From contig DASYAK010000055.1 in assembly GCA_036501385.1 (NCBI GenBank), forward strand, positions 6,032 to 70,031: a stretch of 64,000 nt of DNA. The letters are read 5' to 3'. The position numbers were made by a program, and so were the translations under genes. Source of the DNA: Gemmatimonadales bacterium. Lineage in GTDB: Bacteria > Gemmatimonadota > Gemmatimonadetes > Gemmatimonadales > GWC2-71-9. Under the pieces are notes generated by a model. That model had not been told where the DNA came from. It ran no database searches and saw only the letters and a program-made list of their open reading frames with translations. Positions 10,961 through 20,615 of this stretch are shown here, in pieces. Positions within the stretch are counted from its first letter, which is position 1, and each line of letters opens with the position of its first letter.

Positions 10961-11103
10961 GGAAGTGACAGGCGGAAAGGGAAAAGGGAAAAAGGAAAAG
11001 TGGGAAGAAGGGAGAAGGCGAAGGGAGAAGGGAGAGGGGAGAGGGGAGAGAGCGGAGAGCGGAGCGGGGAGAAGGAAAGGGGGAAAGAGGGGCGACGATA
11101 GAG
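10961..11103. repeat. Polypurine (plus strand) / polypyrimidine tract containing a perfect mirror repeat
   Basis: 143 nt with only 11 pyrimidines by hand count. The core 10974-11052 has 2. The mirror repeat GAGAGGGGAGAGGGGAGAG lies at 11032-11050. Confidence 0.9.
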
Positions 11104-11133
11104 CCGGCGCAGGGAATGGCCTTTCCCCCGGGG

Positions 11134-12060
11134 TCACGAACTGTTCCGCCAAGGAACTCGCAACGGATGAAATGCACCGAGTCGCACACCGTTCACCAGC
11201 ACGACACTGGAGAGGACGACGCCAAGTCCGAGCATCATCCCGGTGTTCACCGGTTCGTGGAGTAAGACGACGCCCCAGAGCAGTCCGACGATCGGCACCA
11301 GATAGGTCAGCGTGGACGTCCGCGTCGGACCGATCCGTTCGAGCAGGGTGAAGAAGAGGAGATAGGCGAGCGCGGTGGAGAGCGCGCCGAGTGCCAGGAC
11401 CGACAGGATCGCCGCCGCCGGAGGAACGACGCGTGGCGCCGCGACGATTCCTGGCACCGCAACCCAGACCAGGGCGCCCAATTGCTGCCCCAGCGCAAGG
11501 ATGTGGGTCGGGACACCCCGCAACCGGAGTTGCGTGAAGACGGCAGCTCCCGCGTAACTCGCCGACGCCGCGAGCGTGGCGACGACGGCGAGAATCATCG
11601 GACCGGTGATCGGCACTGCGCTCCACCCGACCATCATCCCGACGCCGATCATTCCGGTGAGCAGCCCGGTCATCCGCGCGACCGTCAACCGCTCTCCCAG
11701 CCAGGTGGCCGAGTAGGCCGCTGCGAAGAGCGGCACTGTGGCACTCAGCAGTGCCGCGAATGACGCCGTGAGGTGCAGCTCGGCGGCGGAGATCAGGAGA
11801 TACGGGAAGGCCGCGTTGAGAAATCCCAGAACGACCAGGCGACCGGCGTATGGTCGCAGCGAAACCGGTTTTCTCGTGGCTCGCGCATACGCAATGAGCA
11901 GGAGTGCGCCGAGCACCACGCGCACCAGCACCAGCGATGCCGGGCCGAACCCCGGCACGGCGACCCGGATGAAGAGATACGACCCGCCCCACAGCGTCGC
12001 GAGCGCCAGGAGCCGGGCTACATCAACCGGCGTGAGGTTGTGGGTCGCTGTGGGATCCAT
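11134..12060 (-). CDS. EamA/DMT family transporter
   Basis: About 10 predicted TM segments. LATLWGGSYLFIRVAV is an EamA-like N-terminus. ATG at 12060 (a TTG lies at 12069). Confidence 0.85.
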   Translation of the reverse strand: MDPTATHNLTPVDVARLLALATLWGGSYLFIRVAVPGFGPASLVLVRVVLGALLLIAYARATRKPVSLRPYAGRLVVLGFLNAAFPYLLISAAELHLTASFAALLSATVPLFAAAYSATWLGERLTVARMTGLLTGMIGVGMMVGWSAVPITGPMILAVVATLAASASYAGAAVFTQLRLRGVPTHILALGQQLGALVWVAVPGIVAAPRVVPPAAAILSVLALGALSTALAYLLFFTLLERIGPTRTSTLTYLVPIVGLLWGVVLLHEPVNTGMMLGLGVVLSSVVLVNGVRLGAFHPLRVPWRNSS

Positions 12061-12222
12061 GGCGGCCAAGTTATCGGTCGCCGAGCGGGCACGCTTCTAA
12101 TTACATCAAAGTGTTCATGTCGCTCCGCGGGCTGTCAGCGCGCAGACAGTATCTTCCCGGCACTTTCACCGGCTCCGCGACTGCAGTCGTGTCCGCTTCG
12201 GGAGCCGGAAGGGTAGCGATTC

Positions 12223-12891
12223 ATGCGTGTGCTCCTGGTCGAGGACGATGCCAAGCTGGCGAACCTGGTTGCGACCGGGCTCCGCGAGCAGCAGATCGAG
12301 GTCGTGGTCGAAGGGACGTTTGCGGCCGGACGGTCGCGCGCGATTCTCGGCAGCTACGACGTCCTGATCCTCGACGTGCTGCTCCCCGATGGCTCCGGCT
12401 TCGATCTTTGCCGGCAGCTTCGCGGCAAGGAGATCGGCACACCGATCCTGATGCTGACGGCGCGTGATACCATCACCGATCGCGTCACGGGATTGACGGC
12501 TGGCGCAGATGACTACCTCACCAAGCCGTTCGCGTTCCTGGAGCTTGTGGCGCGGGTCCGCGCGCTCGCGCGCCGTCGGCCGGCGCTGGTGCCCCGCGTG
12601 GTCCGCGTGGCCGATCTCATGGTCAACCTTGAATCGCGGCGGGTGACCCGCAACCGCGTCCCGATCCGCCTGACCGCCCGCGAATTCGCCCTCCTCGAGA
12701 TCTTTGCCCTGAGAGCGGACGCGGTTCTGAGTCGCGCCGAGATTTCGGCGCATGTGTGGGACGACAATCACGACCCGTTCTCGAACCTCGTCGACGTGCT
12801 GATCGGACGGCTGCGGCGGAAGATTGACGACGGCCACGACGTCAGGTTGATCCACACCGTGCGTGGCGCGGGGTACCGTCTTGGGATCTGA
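12223..12891 (+). CDS. OmpR-family response regulator (receiver plus winged-helix domains)
   Basis: MRVLLVEDDAKLA...DVLILDVLLPDGSG...LMLTARD...GADDYLTKPF...LTAREFALLE...VRGAGYRL. Confidence 0.95.
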   Translation: MRVLLVEDDAKLANLVATGLREQQIEVVVEGTFAAGRSRAILGSYDVLILDVLLPDGSGFDLCRQLRGKEIGTPILMLTARDTITDRVTGLTAGADDYLTKPFAFLELVARVRALARRRPALVPRVVRVADLMVNLESRRVTRNRVPIRLTAREFALLEIFALRADAVLSRAEISAHVWDDNHDPFSNLVDVLIGRLRRKIDDGHDVRLIHTVRGAGYRLGI

Positions 12892-14272
12892 CGGCGTCGC
12901 GGTCTCCCGCGGTCTTCGCCGCCTCCGGCGTCACTTGACAGGCTGGTACCTCGGCACGCTTGCGTTCACGTTGCTGGTCCTCGGCGCAGGCCTCTTTGTC
13001 GCGCTGAGCCATCAGCTGGAACGGTATCTCGACTTCACGCTGCGGCATCGGATGGTCGCGATCGAGCGCGCGGCGCGGCGGCAGGTCGCCGACAGCACCG
13101 GGACGTCGAGCGCATTGGCGGGCCTCCGCGAGATGCGGTTCGTCGATCAGAACGTCTTTCTCCTCGCGCTCGACGGCACACCGATCGCGCCGGTTGCCGT
13201 GCCAGCGGCGGTTCGAGACGTCGCGTTGAAGGCGGCGGTCGCCGGGAAGTACGTCAGCGAGTCGTGGCCCGCGGACGACGGTGATGGCGAGGGCGGAGTG
13301 CTGGTCCGGGCCGAGCGATTCACGGTGACCGATGGCCAGGTCGTCATCGCCGTGGCCTCGATGGATGGGTCGGAATGGCGAGAGCAGTACACCCGCCTCA
13401 TCGCGGCGTTTGGCGGTGCGGCGTTGCTCGCGCTCCTTCTCATCGCGGGCGGCGGCTCGCTCCTGGTGCGCAAGTCGACGGCGCCGATCGAGCTGTCGAT
13501 CGAACAGATGCGGCGATTCATGTCCGACGCGGCGCACGAACTGCGTACTCCCGTAACGGTCATCCGCACCGGGGCCGAGGTGGCATTGCAGCAGCCGAGG
13601 GACGGCGCAGAGTACACAGCGGCGCTCGGCGGTGTCGCGGCCGAAAGCCGCCGACTCGGCGCCATTCTCGACGACCTCCTGGTACTCGCGCGAGCCGATT
13701 CGGGCGCCCGCCCGATCGAAAGCATCCCGCTCTTTCTCGACGATGTCGCTGCCGACGCCGCAAATGCGGCGCGTCCCCTTGCGACCGCGGCTGGCGTGTC
13801 GCTCGAAGTCGACCAGTTCGAGGAGGCGGAGACCTTCGGCGACGCGACGCTGACCCGCCAGCTCGTGATGATCCTCCTCGACAATGCCATCAAGTTCACA
13901 CCCACAGGCGGTGCGGTCAGCCTTCGAGTCGGAATGGACGGAGGCACGCCGACGATCGTCATCGCGGACACCGGGATCGGCATTGCCGCCAGCGACCTGC
14001 CTCACATATTCGAGCGATTCTTCAGGGTCAACCGTGCCCGGCGGCGCGATGGCGACGACACGCGCAGCGATCAAGGTGCCGGGCTCGGCCTGGCGATCGC
14101 CCAGTGGATCGCCGATGCGCATCGCGCCCGGATCGAGGTGACCTCGAGCGTCGGAACCGGAACGACCGTGACGGTCCGATTCGCGTCGACATCGGAGTCG
14201 AAGGCCCGTGCAGGCCGATCGAGCGACAGCGTCTCTGATAGCTCTCCGTCAGGTTCGTCTTCATACTCTTGA
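12863..14272 (+). CDS. Sensor histidine kinase (HisKA plus HATPase_c domains)
   Basis: H-box FMSDAAHELRTPVT, N-box LLDNAIKFTP, G-boxes DTGIGI and GAGLGLAIA. The GTG at 12863 overlaps the regulator end, and the exact start is uncertain. Confidence 0.88.
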   Translation: MARGTVLGSDGVAVSRGLRRLRRHLTGWYLGTLAFTLLVLGAGLFVALSHQLERYLDFTLRHRMVAIERAARRQVADSTGTSSALAGLREMRFVDQNVFLLALDGTPIAPVAVPAAVRDVALKAAVAGKYVSESWPADDGDGEGGVLVRAERFTVTDGQVVIAVASMDGSEWREQYTRLIAAFGGAALLALLLIAGGGSLLVRKSTAPIELSIEQMRRFMSDAAHELRTPVTVIRTGAEVALQQPRDGAEYTAALGGVAAESRRLGAILDDLLVLARADSGARPIESIPLFLDDVAADAANAARPLATAAGVSLEVDQFEEAETFGDATLTRQLVMILLDNAIKFTPTGGAVSLRVGMDGGTPTIVIADTGIGIAASDLPHIFERFFRVNRARRRDGDDTRSDQGAGLGLAIAQWIADAHRARIEVTSSVGTGTTVTVRFASTSESKARAGRSSDSVSDSSPSGSSSYS

Positions 14273-14358
14273 GCCGCGAGCCTGCACCGCTTCGCTGATC
14301 ACGGTGTGCGCAGCGCGAGCCATCGAGGCGACACCATTGTCCACGCGGAGGTTGTCAT

Positions 14359-15384
14359 ATGCGCATCCGTTATCTGATCGCGGCGAGCCTGCTCATGACA
14401 AGCGTCAGTGTCAGCGCCCAGTCACCGGGATATCATATCGTCGATACCTTCGCACTTAGCGGCGACGGGAGCTGGGACTACCTGGCCTTCGATGCGGTCG
14501 GCCACCGGTTCTTCATCGCGCGTCAGAACCGGGTGCAGGTGGTCAACCCGGCAAACGGGATGCTCCTCGGAGAAATTCCGGGGATCGTGGGTGCGCACGG
14601 CGTCGCGTTTGCCTATGCCGCCCGTCGCGGGTTCGCCACGTCCGGGAACGACTCGTCGGTCGTGATGTTCGATCTGAAAACCTTGCAGGTCCTGGGTCGC
14701 ATTCCGGCGGCGATCGACGCCGATGCCATCCTTTTCGATCCGGCGTCGAAACATGTCTTCACGATGAACGGTGATGCCAACTCTTCGTCGGTGATCGACC
14801 CCGTCACCGGCAAGAATATCGGAACGATTCCGCTCGGCGGGAAACCGGAATTCGGCGTGTCGGCAGGGAACGGACGGCTCTACGCCAACATCACCGACAA
14901 GGGTGAAATCGTCGAGATCGACGCCGTGGCGATGAAGGTGACGCGTCGCTGGCCAGTGGCTCCGTGCGCGTCGTCGACCGGGCTCTCGATCGATGCCGCG
15001 AATCACCGCCTCTTCACGGTGTGTCGCAATCGCTACCTGGCGGTGTCGGACCTCGACAAGGGCAGGCTCATGACGACGTTGCCGATCGGCTCAGGGGTCG
15101 ACGCCAGCGTCTTCGATCCGGCAACGAAGCTGATCTTTGCGTCGAACGGCGACGGTACGATGACTGTGGTGCACGAGGACAGTCCCGACCACTACACCAT
15201 CGCCGAGACGGTGTCGACGGGCGCCGGCGCCAAGACGATGACGCTCGATCCCTCGACGCACCGCGTCTACCTCGGCACGGCGACCTTTGGCGCGGTCGAC
15301 TCCACCGCCCCCGGGCGTCGGCGACCGCCGATGGTCGCCGGTTCGTTCAAGGTGATTGTACTTGACCGGGGCGCGCATCAGTAA
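14359..15384 (+). CDS. Secreted YncE-like / YVTN-type beta-propeller protein
   Basis: Signal peptide MRIRYLIAASLLMTSVSVSAQ. Repeated units GAHGVAF, FDPASKHVF and GGKPEFGV. A GGAGG RBS precedes the ATG at 14359. Confidence 0.8.
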   Translation: MRIRYLIAASLLMTSVSVSAQSPGYHIVDTFALSGDGSWDYLAFDAVGHRFFIARQNRVQVVNPANGMLLGEIPGIVGAHGVAFAYAARRGFATSGNDSSVVMFDLKTLQVLGRIPAAIDADAILFDPASKHVFTMNGDANSSSVIDPVTGKNIGTIPLGGKPEFGVSAGNGRLYANITDKGEIVEIDAVAMKVTRRWPVAPCASSTGLSIDAANHRLFTVCRNRYLAVSDLDKGRLMTTLPIGSGVDASVFDPATKLIFASNGDGTMTVVHEDSPDHYTIAETVSTGAGAKTMTLDPSTHRVYLGTATFGAVDSTAPGRRRPPMVAGSFKVIVLDRGAHQ

Positions 15385-15460
15385 TCGATCGATCGGCCCA
15401 TCACGTCGTCTCGTTGCGTCACGCATGAACCACCCTCCATGTTGACGAAGGAGTCCACCA

Positions 15461-15838
15461 ATGCAATCAATCCGCGCGATCGTGTCCACCGTGGCGTTTG
15501 TCCTGCTCGTCCCTGCGGCAGCGCTGGCGCAAACGATCAGCACGACAGCACCGACCCAGGTGGTCAGGCCCAAGACCGAGTCGCAAGCCACGCTCGCCAA
15601 GGAAGCGAAGATCACCCTTGCAGCCGCGACGGCGACGGCGCTCAAGACGGTTCCGGGCTCGGTGGTCAGGAGTCACGAGCTGGAGCGCGAAGGCGGCAAG
15701 CTGATCTACTCATTCGACATGAAGCTTGCCGGCAAGCCGGGGATCGAAGAGGTCAACGTCGACGCGATGACCGGCGCGACCGTCGGGAAGGTCGAGCACG
15801 AGGCCGACCCGGTGAAGCCGTCAGTCAAGAAGCCTTGA
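15461..15838 (+). CDS. PepSY domain-containing secreted protein
   Basis: Signal peptide, then AAATATALKTVPGSVVRSHELEREGGKLIYSFDMK..VNVDAMTGATV, a PepSY pattern. An AAGGAG RBS is present. Confidence 0.8.
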   Translation: MQSIRAIVSTVAFVLLVPAAALAQTISTTAPTQVVRPKTESQATLAKEAKITLAAATATALKTVPGSVVRSHELEREGGKLIYSFDMKLAGKPGIEEVNVDAMTGATVGKVEHEADPVKPSVKKP

Positions 15839-15930
15839 ATCATCGCGCCCCGCCTGGTGTCACACCGCATCATTTCAATGCAGAACATTCCAGAAACACC
15901 CGAGGCATCTGCGTGGCGTTCAGGGGCGGC

Positions 15931-16031
15931 GTTGCGGGGTGCCTGAAGCGCGCCCTAAACGCGCCTTTCACGTATTAGGATCGCTATTCCACCGAGCGCG
16001 TTTTCAGGGCGCGAAACGGCAGCCCCGCGAC
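15931..16031. repeat. About 100-nt imperfect palindromic intergenic element, copy A (REP-like or structured RNA)
   Basis: The arms GTTGCGGGGTGCCTGAAGCGCGCCCTAAACGCGC and GCGCGTTTTCAGGGCGCGAAACGGCAGCCCCGCGAC are near reverse complements. It is homologous to 47401-47499. Confidence 0.6.
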
Positions 16032-16076
16032 GCCGCTACGATATGCCGAGGCGAACTTCTCCTCTCTCTCCTCTTG

Positions 16077-17180
16077 CTACGGCCTCCGTCTCGCCGGCGT
16101 CTTCCACCCTTCGAGATGCGCGATCACCGGCAGAACTTCGGCGAGGACGGTGCCACGCTGCATCGAGGGCACACCGTGGACATACACGACCAGACCATCG
16201 ACCGGTGAAAGCACATCGCCGGTCTTCCGGCCGAGCAGGTCAGTGGTGTAGCCCAGCACGGCGCCCTTCTTGATGATGGTATTGGGCCGTGCCACCGCGA
16301 ACCAGACCCCGGCGCCTTGCGCCGCGATCCGCGGTCCGGTGCCGTCGAGGTAGATCACCGCTCCCTTCGCGCGAGTCGTGGGCCGATTGAGCATGCCGAG
16401 CGCCGTCAGCATGTTGAGTGACCCATTGTCGTCGGCGACAAGGTCGGCCGGCGCGACCACGCCGCTTCGTCCGGTGCCGACGAGGAGGACCGTTTCGCCG
16501 CGAATGACTCCCTGCCCCGCCAATGTTCCGCCGGCACGCGGCGACGCAGGATCGCGATCGGTGACGAGGACGTGATTCACGCCGAAGGCGCGCGCCAGGC
16601 GCAGCGCCAGCGAATCGGTGGCGGGATGACCGGTGCGCACCGCATCGACGAACGGCGCGCCGACATCCTCGTCGAGATCGCCGCCATGGAAATCGACCAG
16701 TACGTTCGCCTGCGCCACCACCTCCGACGTCAGCATCGCCATCGCCCGCTGGCTCTGCGAGCCGGCGGTGTCGCCGGGATAGCCGCCGACCATCGTCTTC
16801 CTGTCGACCGGATTGATCACCGGCGTCATCGACGTGAACGACGGCACGTTGACGATCGGGACGATGATCACCGTCCCGGCGAGCTTCGCCGGATCGATCA
16901 ACGGAATCAGCCGTTGCATCGCGATCTCGGTGCTGTATTCCGTGGCGTGGGTCCCGGCGATCAGTGCCACAATGGGACCGGGTCGCGCGCCGTGAATGAC
17001 GGCGACCGGGATCGTGAGACCCGAATCGACGCCGGCCGGAACCTGCAGCGCGCCGGTGACCGTGGTACCTCGCGCGGCGTGGGCGGAGCCGACGGTGATG
17101 ATGGGACGATCAGGGAGCTGCGCGTTCGCGGCGGACGCGATGAGCAGCGCCACGCCTACCGGGGGGATCGAGAATCGCAT
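16077..17180 (-). CDS. Succinylglutamate desuccinylase/aspartoacylase (M14-like) family protein, secreted
   Basis: Signal peptide MRFSIPPVGVALLIASAANAQ. IALIAGTHATEY is a zinc-ligand motif. The ATG at 17180 was verified. Confidence 0.85.
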   Translation of the reverse strand: MRFSIPPVGVALLIASAANAQLPDRPIITVGSAHAARGTTVTGALQVPAGVDSGLTIPVAVIHGARPGPIVALIAGTHATEYSTEIAMQRLIPLIDPAKLAGTVIIVPIVNVPSFTSMTPVINPVDRKTMVGGYPGDTAGSQSQRAMAMLTSEVVAQANVLVDFHGGDLDEDVGAPFVDAVRTGHPATDSLALRLARAFGVNHVLVTDRDPASPRAGGTLAGQGVIRGETVLLVGTGRSGVVAPADLVADDNGSLNMLTALGMLNRPTTRAKGAVIYLDGTGPRIAAQGAGVWFAVARPNTIIKKGAVLGYTTDLLGRKTGDVLSPVDGLVVYVHGVPSMQRGTVLAEVLPVIAHLEGWKTPARRRP

Positions 17181-17273
17181 GGGAAGAATGGTACGAGAAG
17201 AATGCCGTTGGGGGGAGTCCCTCCGCGTCGCCGATTCCGATACATATTTCCGTGCCACGCTCAAGGAATCCAC

Positions 17274-17984
17274 ATGTCCGAAATCGCCCTCATCACCGGC
17301 GCCGCCGGCGCACTCGGCTCGCACGTCGCGCGCACGCTCGCCGCGCGCGGCGACAACCTCGTGCTGGTCGACACCGCAGCCGCGCGCACCCGGCTCGAGT
17401 CGATTGCGAAGGAAACCGGAAATGCCGCGATCATTGCCGGTGATGTCGCCCTCGATGCCACGTGGCAGGAAGGGCTCCCACGCGTTGCTCGCGAACTCGG
17501 CGGCGCGCCGACGCTCGCCGCACTCATCGCCGGCACCTGGCGCGGTGGCACGCCACTTCACAGCGAACCGGATGATGCAACCTGGCGCACGGTGATCGAC
17601 ACCAACCTCGAAACAGCGCACCGCTCGCTCCGCGCGATTCTCCCCGCGATGGTCGCCGCGAAACACGGCGGCATCGTGGTGATCGGCGCGCGCGCCGGCG
17701 TGCAGCCGTGGACCGCCGCCAATTCTGCCGCGTACGCCGCAGCCAAGGCCGGGGTCGTCGCCCTGGCGCAGGCTGTCGCCGTGGAGACGCTGAGCGCCGG
17801 CGTGCGGATCAACGCGGTGCTGCCGAGCACGATGGACACGCCGGCCAATCGGGCATCGATGCCGAACGCCGATCCGTCGAAGTGGGTCTCGCTCGACTCC
17901 GCGGCCGGGGTGATTGCTTTTCTGCTGAGTAATGCCGCGAGGGATATCAGCGGCGCGGCCGTGCCGGTGTACGGGCGAGCGTAG
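17274..17984 (+). CDS. SDR family oxidoreductase
   Basis: ITGAAGALGSHVA (TGxxxGxG) and YAAAKAG (YxxxK). ATG at 17274. Confidence 0.9.
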   Translation: MSEIALITGAAGALGSHVARTLAARGDNLVLVDTAAARTRLESIAKETGNAAIIAGDVALDATWQEGLPRVARELGGAPTLAALIAGTWRGGTPLHSEPDDATWRTVIDTNLETAHRSLRAILPAMVAAKHGGIVVIGARAGVQPWTAANSAAYAAAKAGVVALAQAVAVETLSAGVRINAVLPSTMDTPANRASMPNADPSKWVSLDSAAGVIAFLLSNAARDISGAAVPVYGRA

Positions 17985-17996
17985 CCCGCAGCCAGA

Positions 17997-20477
17997 TCAC
18001 CCGCTGCGCAGTGCCACGCTCGGTTCAACCCGTGCAGCTCTCCGCGCCGGCGCCCACGCGGCCAGCAGCGTCGCGGTCAACAGCACCACCACCGCCAGCG
18101 ACAGCACGACCGGATCGGCCGGCGCAACGCCGAAGAGGAGTTGCGCCAGGAGTCGGGTGGCAAAGACCGCGCCGATCAATCCCGCGATGATCCCCGCCGC
18201 CGCGTCGACGACGACGCGGCCGATCACCAGCCGCTTGACATCGGACGGGCGGGCGCCGAGCGCCAGGCGTACGCCGATCTCGCGAGTGCGGAGCGAGACG
18301 AGGTACGACACCACGCCGTAGATCCCGGTCGCACCGATCAAGGTCGCAACAATCGCGGCAATGCCGAGCAGGAGCATGGTGAGGGCCGTCCGTGAGGTGG
18401 CGTTCGCGACAAGATCGACGAGTGACACGACACGATAGATCGGCACTGATGGCGCCTGGACTGCCACCGCACTGCGAATCGCCGGGACCACCGCCGAGAC
18501 GTCACCCGCGCCGCGCACCACGAATGCAACGTCGTGCGGCGCCCACGCCGCTCCAGTGACCGAGGTGGAGAGGAGCGGCACGTAGATCGTCGGCGACGCC
18601 GGCGCATCGAGCCCGGCGTCGTGCACACTTCCGGCCACACCGACGATCGTTGACCACGGATCGATCGGGTTGAGCCGGATCCGCTTGCCGACCGCCCCCG
18701 ACACCGTCCAGTACCGGCGGGCGAACTCCGCGCTCACGATCATCTCGCGCGGCAGACTCGACGAATCGCGCGAGGGATCGATCGCATTGAAGGTCCGGCC
18801 GGCGAGGAGCGGAATTCGCATCGCGGCGAAATAGCTGCCATCGGTGAAGATCACGGGCCGGACATCGGGAAGCTGACCTGGCTGCCGCGGATGATCCTCG
18901 ATATAGACGGCGCTGTCCTGCGGCACCGTGTTGTCGAGCGGCACGTTGGTGGTCACTCCCACGGCCTGCACACCCGGGATCGCGTCAATCGCGCTGGCGA
19001 TATCGACGAGAGAGCGCGCTGTGGCGTTGCCGCCGCGATAGTCGACGGTCGGCAGCTCGACCCGGAACGCCAGCGCGCGGGCCGGTTGGAATCCGGGATC
19101 GACGGCGCTGAGCCGGGCGAAACTACGCATGAAGAGTCCCGCGCCGGCCAGCAACACGAGGGCCAGGGCGAGCTGCGACATCACCAGCACCCGGCGCATT
19201 CGCTGCCGGCTCGACGATCCGGTCGTGTTGGTGCTTTCGGAGGTGAGCAACGCCGACACCGAGACGCGCAGCTGTCGCGCGGCCGGTGCAATGCTCACGA
19301 GGATCACGGCGAGCAAGGTCACCACGGCCGTGAAGAGGACAACCACGCCATCGATCCGGATCTCGCCCAGTCGCGGAATGGTTGCGGCCGCGGCAGATGC
19401 ACCAAGCAGATGAACTGCTTCGGCCGCGGCAACCAGGCCGATCGTTCCACCGACGATCGACAGCAGCACCGCCTCGCCGATGTAGTCACCCAGCAGTCCG
19501 ATGCGACCGGCCCCAAGCGCCCGGCGTACCGCGAATTCCCGGCGGCGACCTTCGGCCCGCGCCACGAAGAGCCCGGCGACATTGGCGCACGCGATGGCGA
19601 GGAGGAGGCCGACCGCGCCGAAGACGATCCAGAGGGTGCGCCCCGTGTCACCCACGATCACGGCCCGCAATGGTCGCACCACCGGGGCCATGTGCGTTGC
19701 GGTGATCGCGTCGATCGTGAGACGACCCGGAAAGACGACCGGCACCTGCGGGAGCAATCGCGCCAGATCGGCCGTGGCGGCCGCGATTGTCATCCCCGGC
19801 TTGAGGCGCGCCACGCCACGGTAGTCGAATGCCGCCGACCGCGTATTGGCGGGGTCGAGCACCAGCGGCAACCAGAGCGAGGTCACCCCATCGGGAAAGC
19901 GGAAGTCATTCGCCACGATCCCGACCACGGTCCGGTCGACTCCATTGACCAGCAGTTGCTGTCCGACGATCGCGGGATCAGCGCCGAAGGCGCGCTGCCA
20001 GAGGCCCGCGCCGATCACTGCCACCGGCGGTGCGCCAGGCACTCCGTCGGCATCGGTAAGCCTTCGCCCGCGGATCACGGTCGTCGGCAGCACATCGAAG
20101 AGCGACGGTGTTACCGTCGCGGCAGCAACGCGCTCGGCCGACGAGGTACCGGCATCGGCACCCTTCGCCAGATTGACCGAGACCGGCCGATAGAGCGCCA
20201 CGCTGGTGAAGGCGTGATTCTGCTGGTGATAGAGGAGGTAGGTGGCGTCGGATTGGTCGACGTTCATGACGCCGTTGACCGCGAGGGTGTGGGACAGATC
20301 GACTAGACGATCCGCGTGAGGATACGGCAATGGCTTGAGCAGCACGCCGTCGACCAGGGTGAACACGGCGACAGCGCCGCCGATACCGAGTGCCAGCGTC
20401 ACAGTCGCCGCGACGGCAAAACTTGGGGCTCGCCGCAGGCGGCGGGAGGCGTGGCGGAAGACCGAGAAGAGCGACAT
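17997..20477 (-). CDS. ADOP-type duplicated FtsX permease lacking the N-terminal prefix domain
   Basis: It starts MSLFSVFRHASRRLRRAPSFAVAATVTLALGIGG, directly at TM1. It has two PCD plus FtsX repeats and ends PARRAARVEPSVALRSG. Confidence 0.9.
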   Translation of the reverse strand: MSLFSVFRHASRRLRRAPSFAVAATVTLALGIGGAVAVFTLVDGVLLKPLPYPHADRLVDLSHTLAVNGVMNVDQSDATYLLYHQQNHAFTSVALYRPVSVNLAKGADAGTSSAERVAAATVTPSLFDVLPTTVIRGRRLTDADGVPGAPPVAVIGAGLWQRAFGADPAIVGQQLLVNGVDRTVVGIVANDFRFPDGVTSLWLPLVLDPANTRSAAFDYRGVARLKPGMTIAAATADLARLLPQVPVVFPGRLTIDAITATHMAPVVRPLRAVIVGDTGRTLWIVFGAVGLLLAIACANVAGLFVARAEGRRREFAVRRALGAGRIGLLGDYIGEAVLLSIVGGTIGLVAAAEAVHLLGASAAAATIPRLGEIRIDGVVVLFTAVVTLLAVILVSIAPAARQLRVSVSALLTSESTNTTGSSSRQRMRRVLVMSQLALALVLLAGAGLFMRSFARLSAVDPGFQPARALAFRVELPTVDYRGGNATARSLVDIASAIDAIPGVQAVGVTTNVPLDNTVPQDSAVYIEDHPRQPGQLPDVRPVIFTDGSYFAAMRIPLLAGRTFNAIDPSRDSSSLPREMIVSAEFARRYWTVSGAVGKRIRLNPIDPWSTIVGVAGSVHDAGLDAPASPTIYVPLLSTSVTGAAWAPHDVAFVVRGAGDVSAVVPAIRSAVAVQAPSVPIYRVVSLVDLVANATSRTALTMLLLGIAAIVATLIGATGIYGVVSYLVSLRTREIGVRLALGARPSDVKRLVIGRVVVDAAAGIIAGLIGAVFATRLLAQLLFGVAPADPVVLSLAVVVLLTATLLAAWAPARRAARVEPSVALRSG

Positions 20478-20615
20478 CGCAGGACCCTGCACGAGTCGGT
20501 GGACTTGAAAGGTCGTGCCACCGGACTGATTCCGCCAGCGGGTCGAGGGAGGCTGCGGCGGGGGCCCTCGTCACGCGCGGGCTGCGCGAACCCTCGTCAT
20601 CTCTGTGGCTCGCTG

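Noticed and set aside
10670-11992. A 440-aa minus-strand ORF spanning the polypyrimidine tract and part of the EamA gene.
   Set aside because: It reads through the CT-rich tract as FPFPFPP/LSPLPSPF low complexity. It also overlaps the EamA transporter in another frame. It is not credible as coding sequence.
16572-17273. A 234-codon N-terminal extension of the SDR ORF (16572-17984).
   Set aside because: It is antisense to the M14-like gene. The Rossmann motif follows immediately after the ATG at 17274.
20493-20615. A direct repeat CCCTCGTCA x2 and a small CGCGC hairpin between the tandem ADOP genes.
   Set aside because: These are short and GC-rich, and plausibly chance or a weak intercistronic structure. 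They are not distinctive enough to report as a finding.
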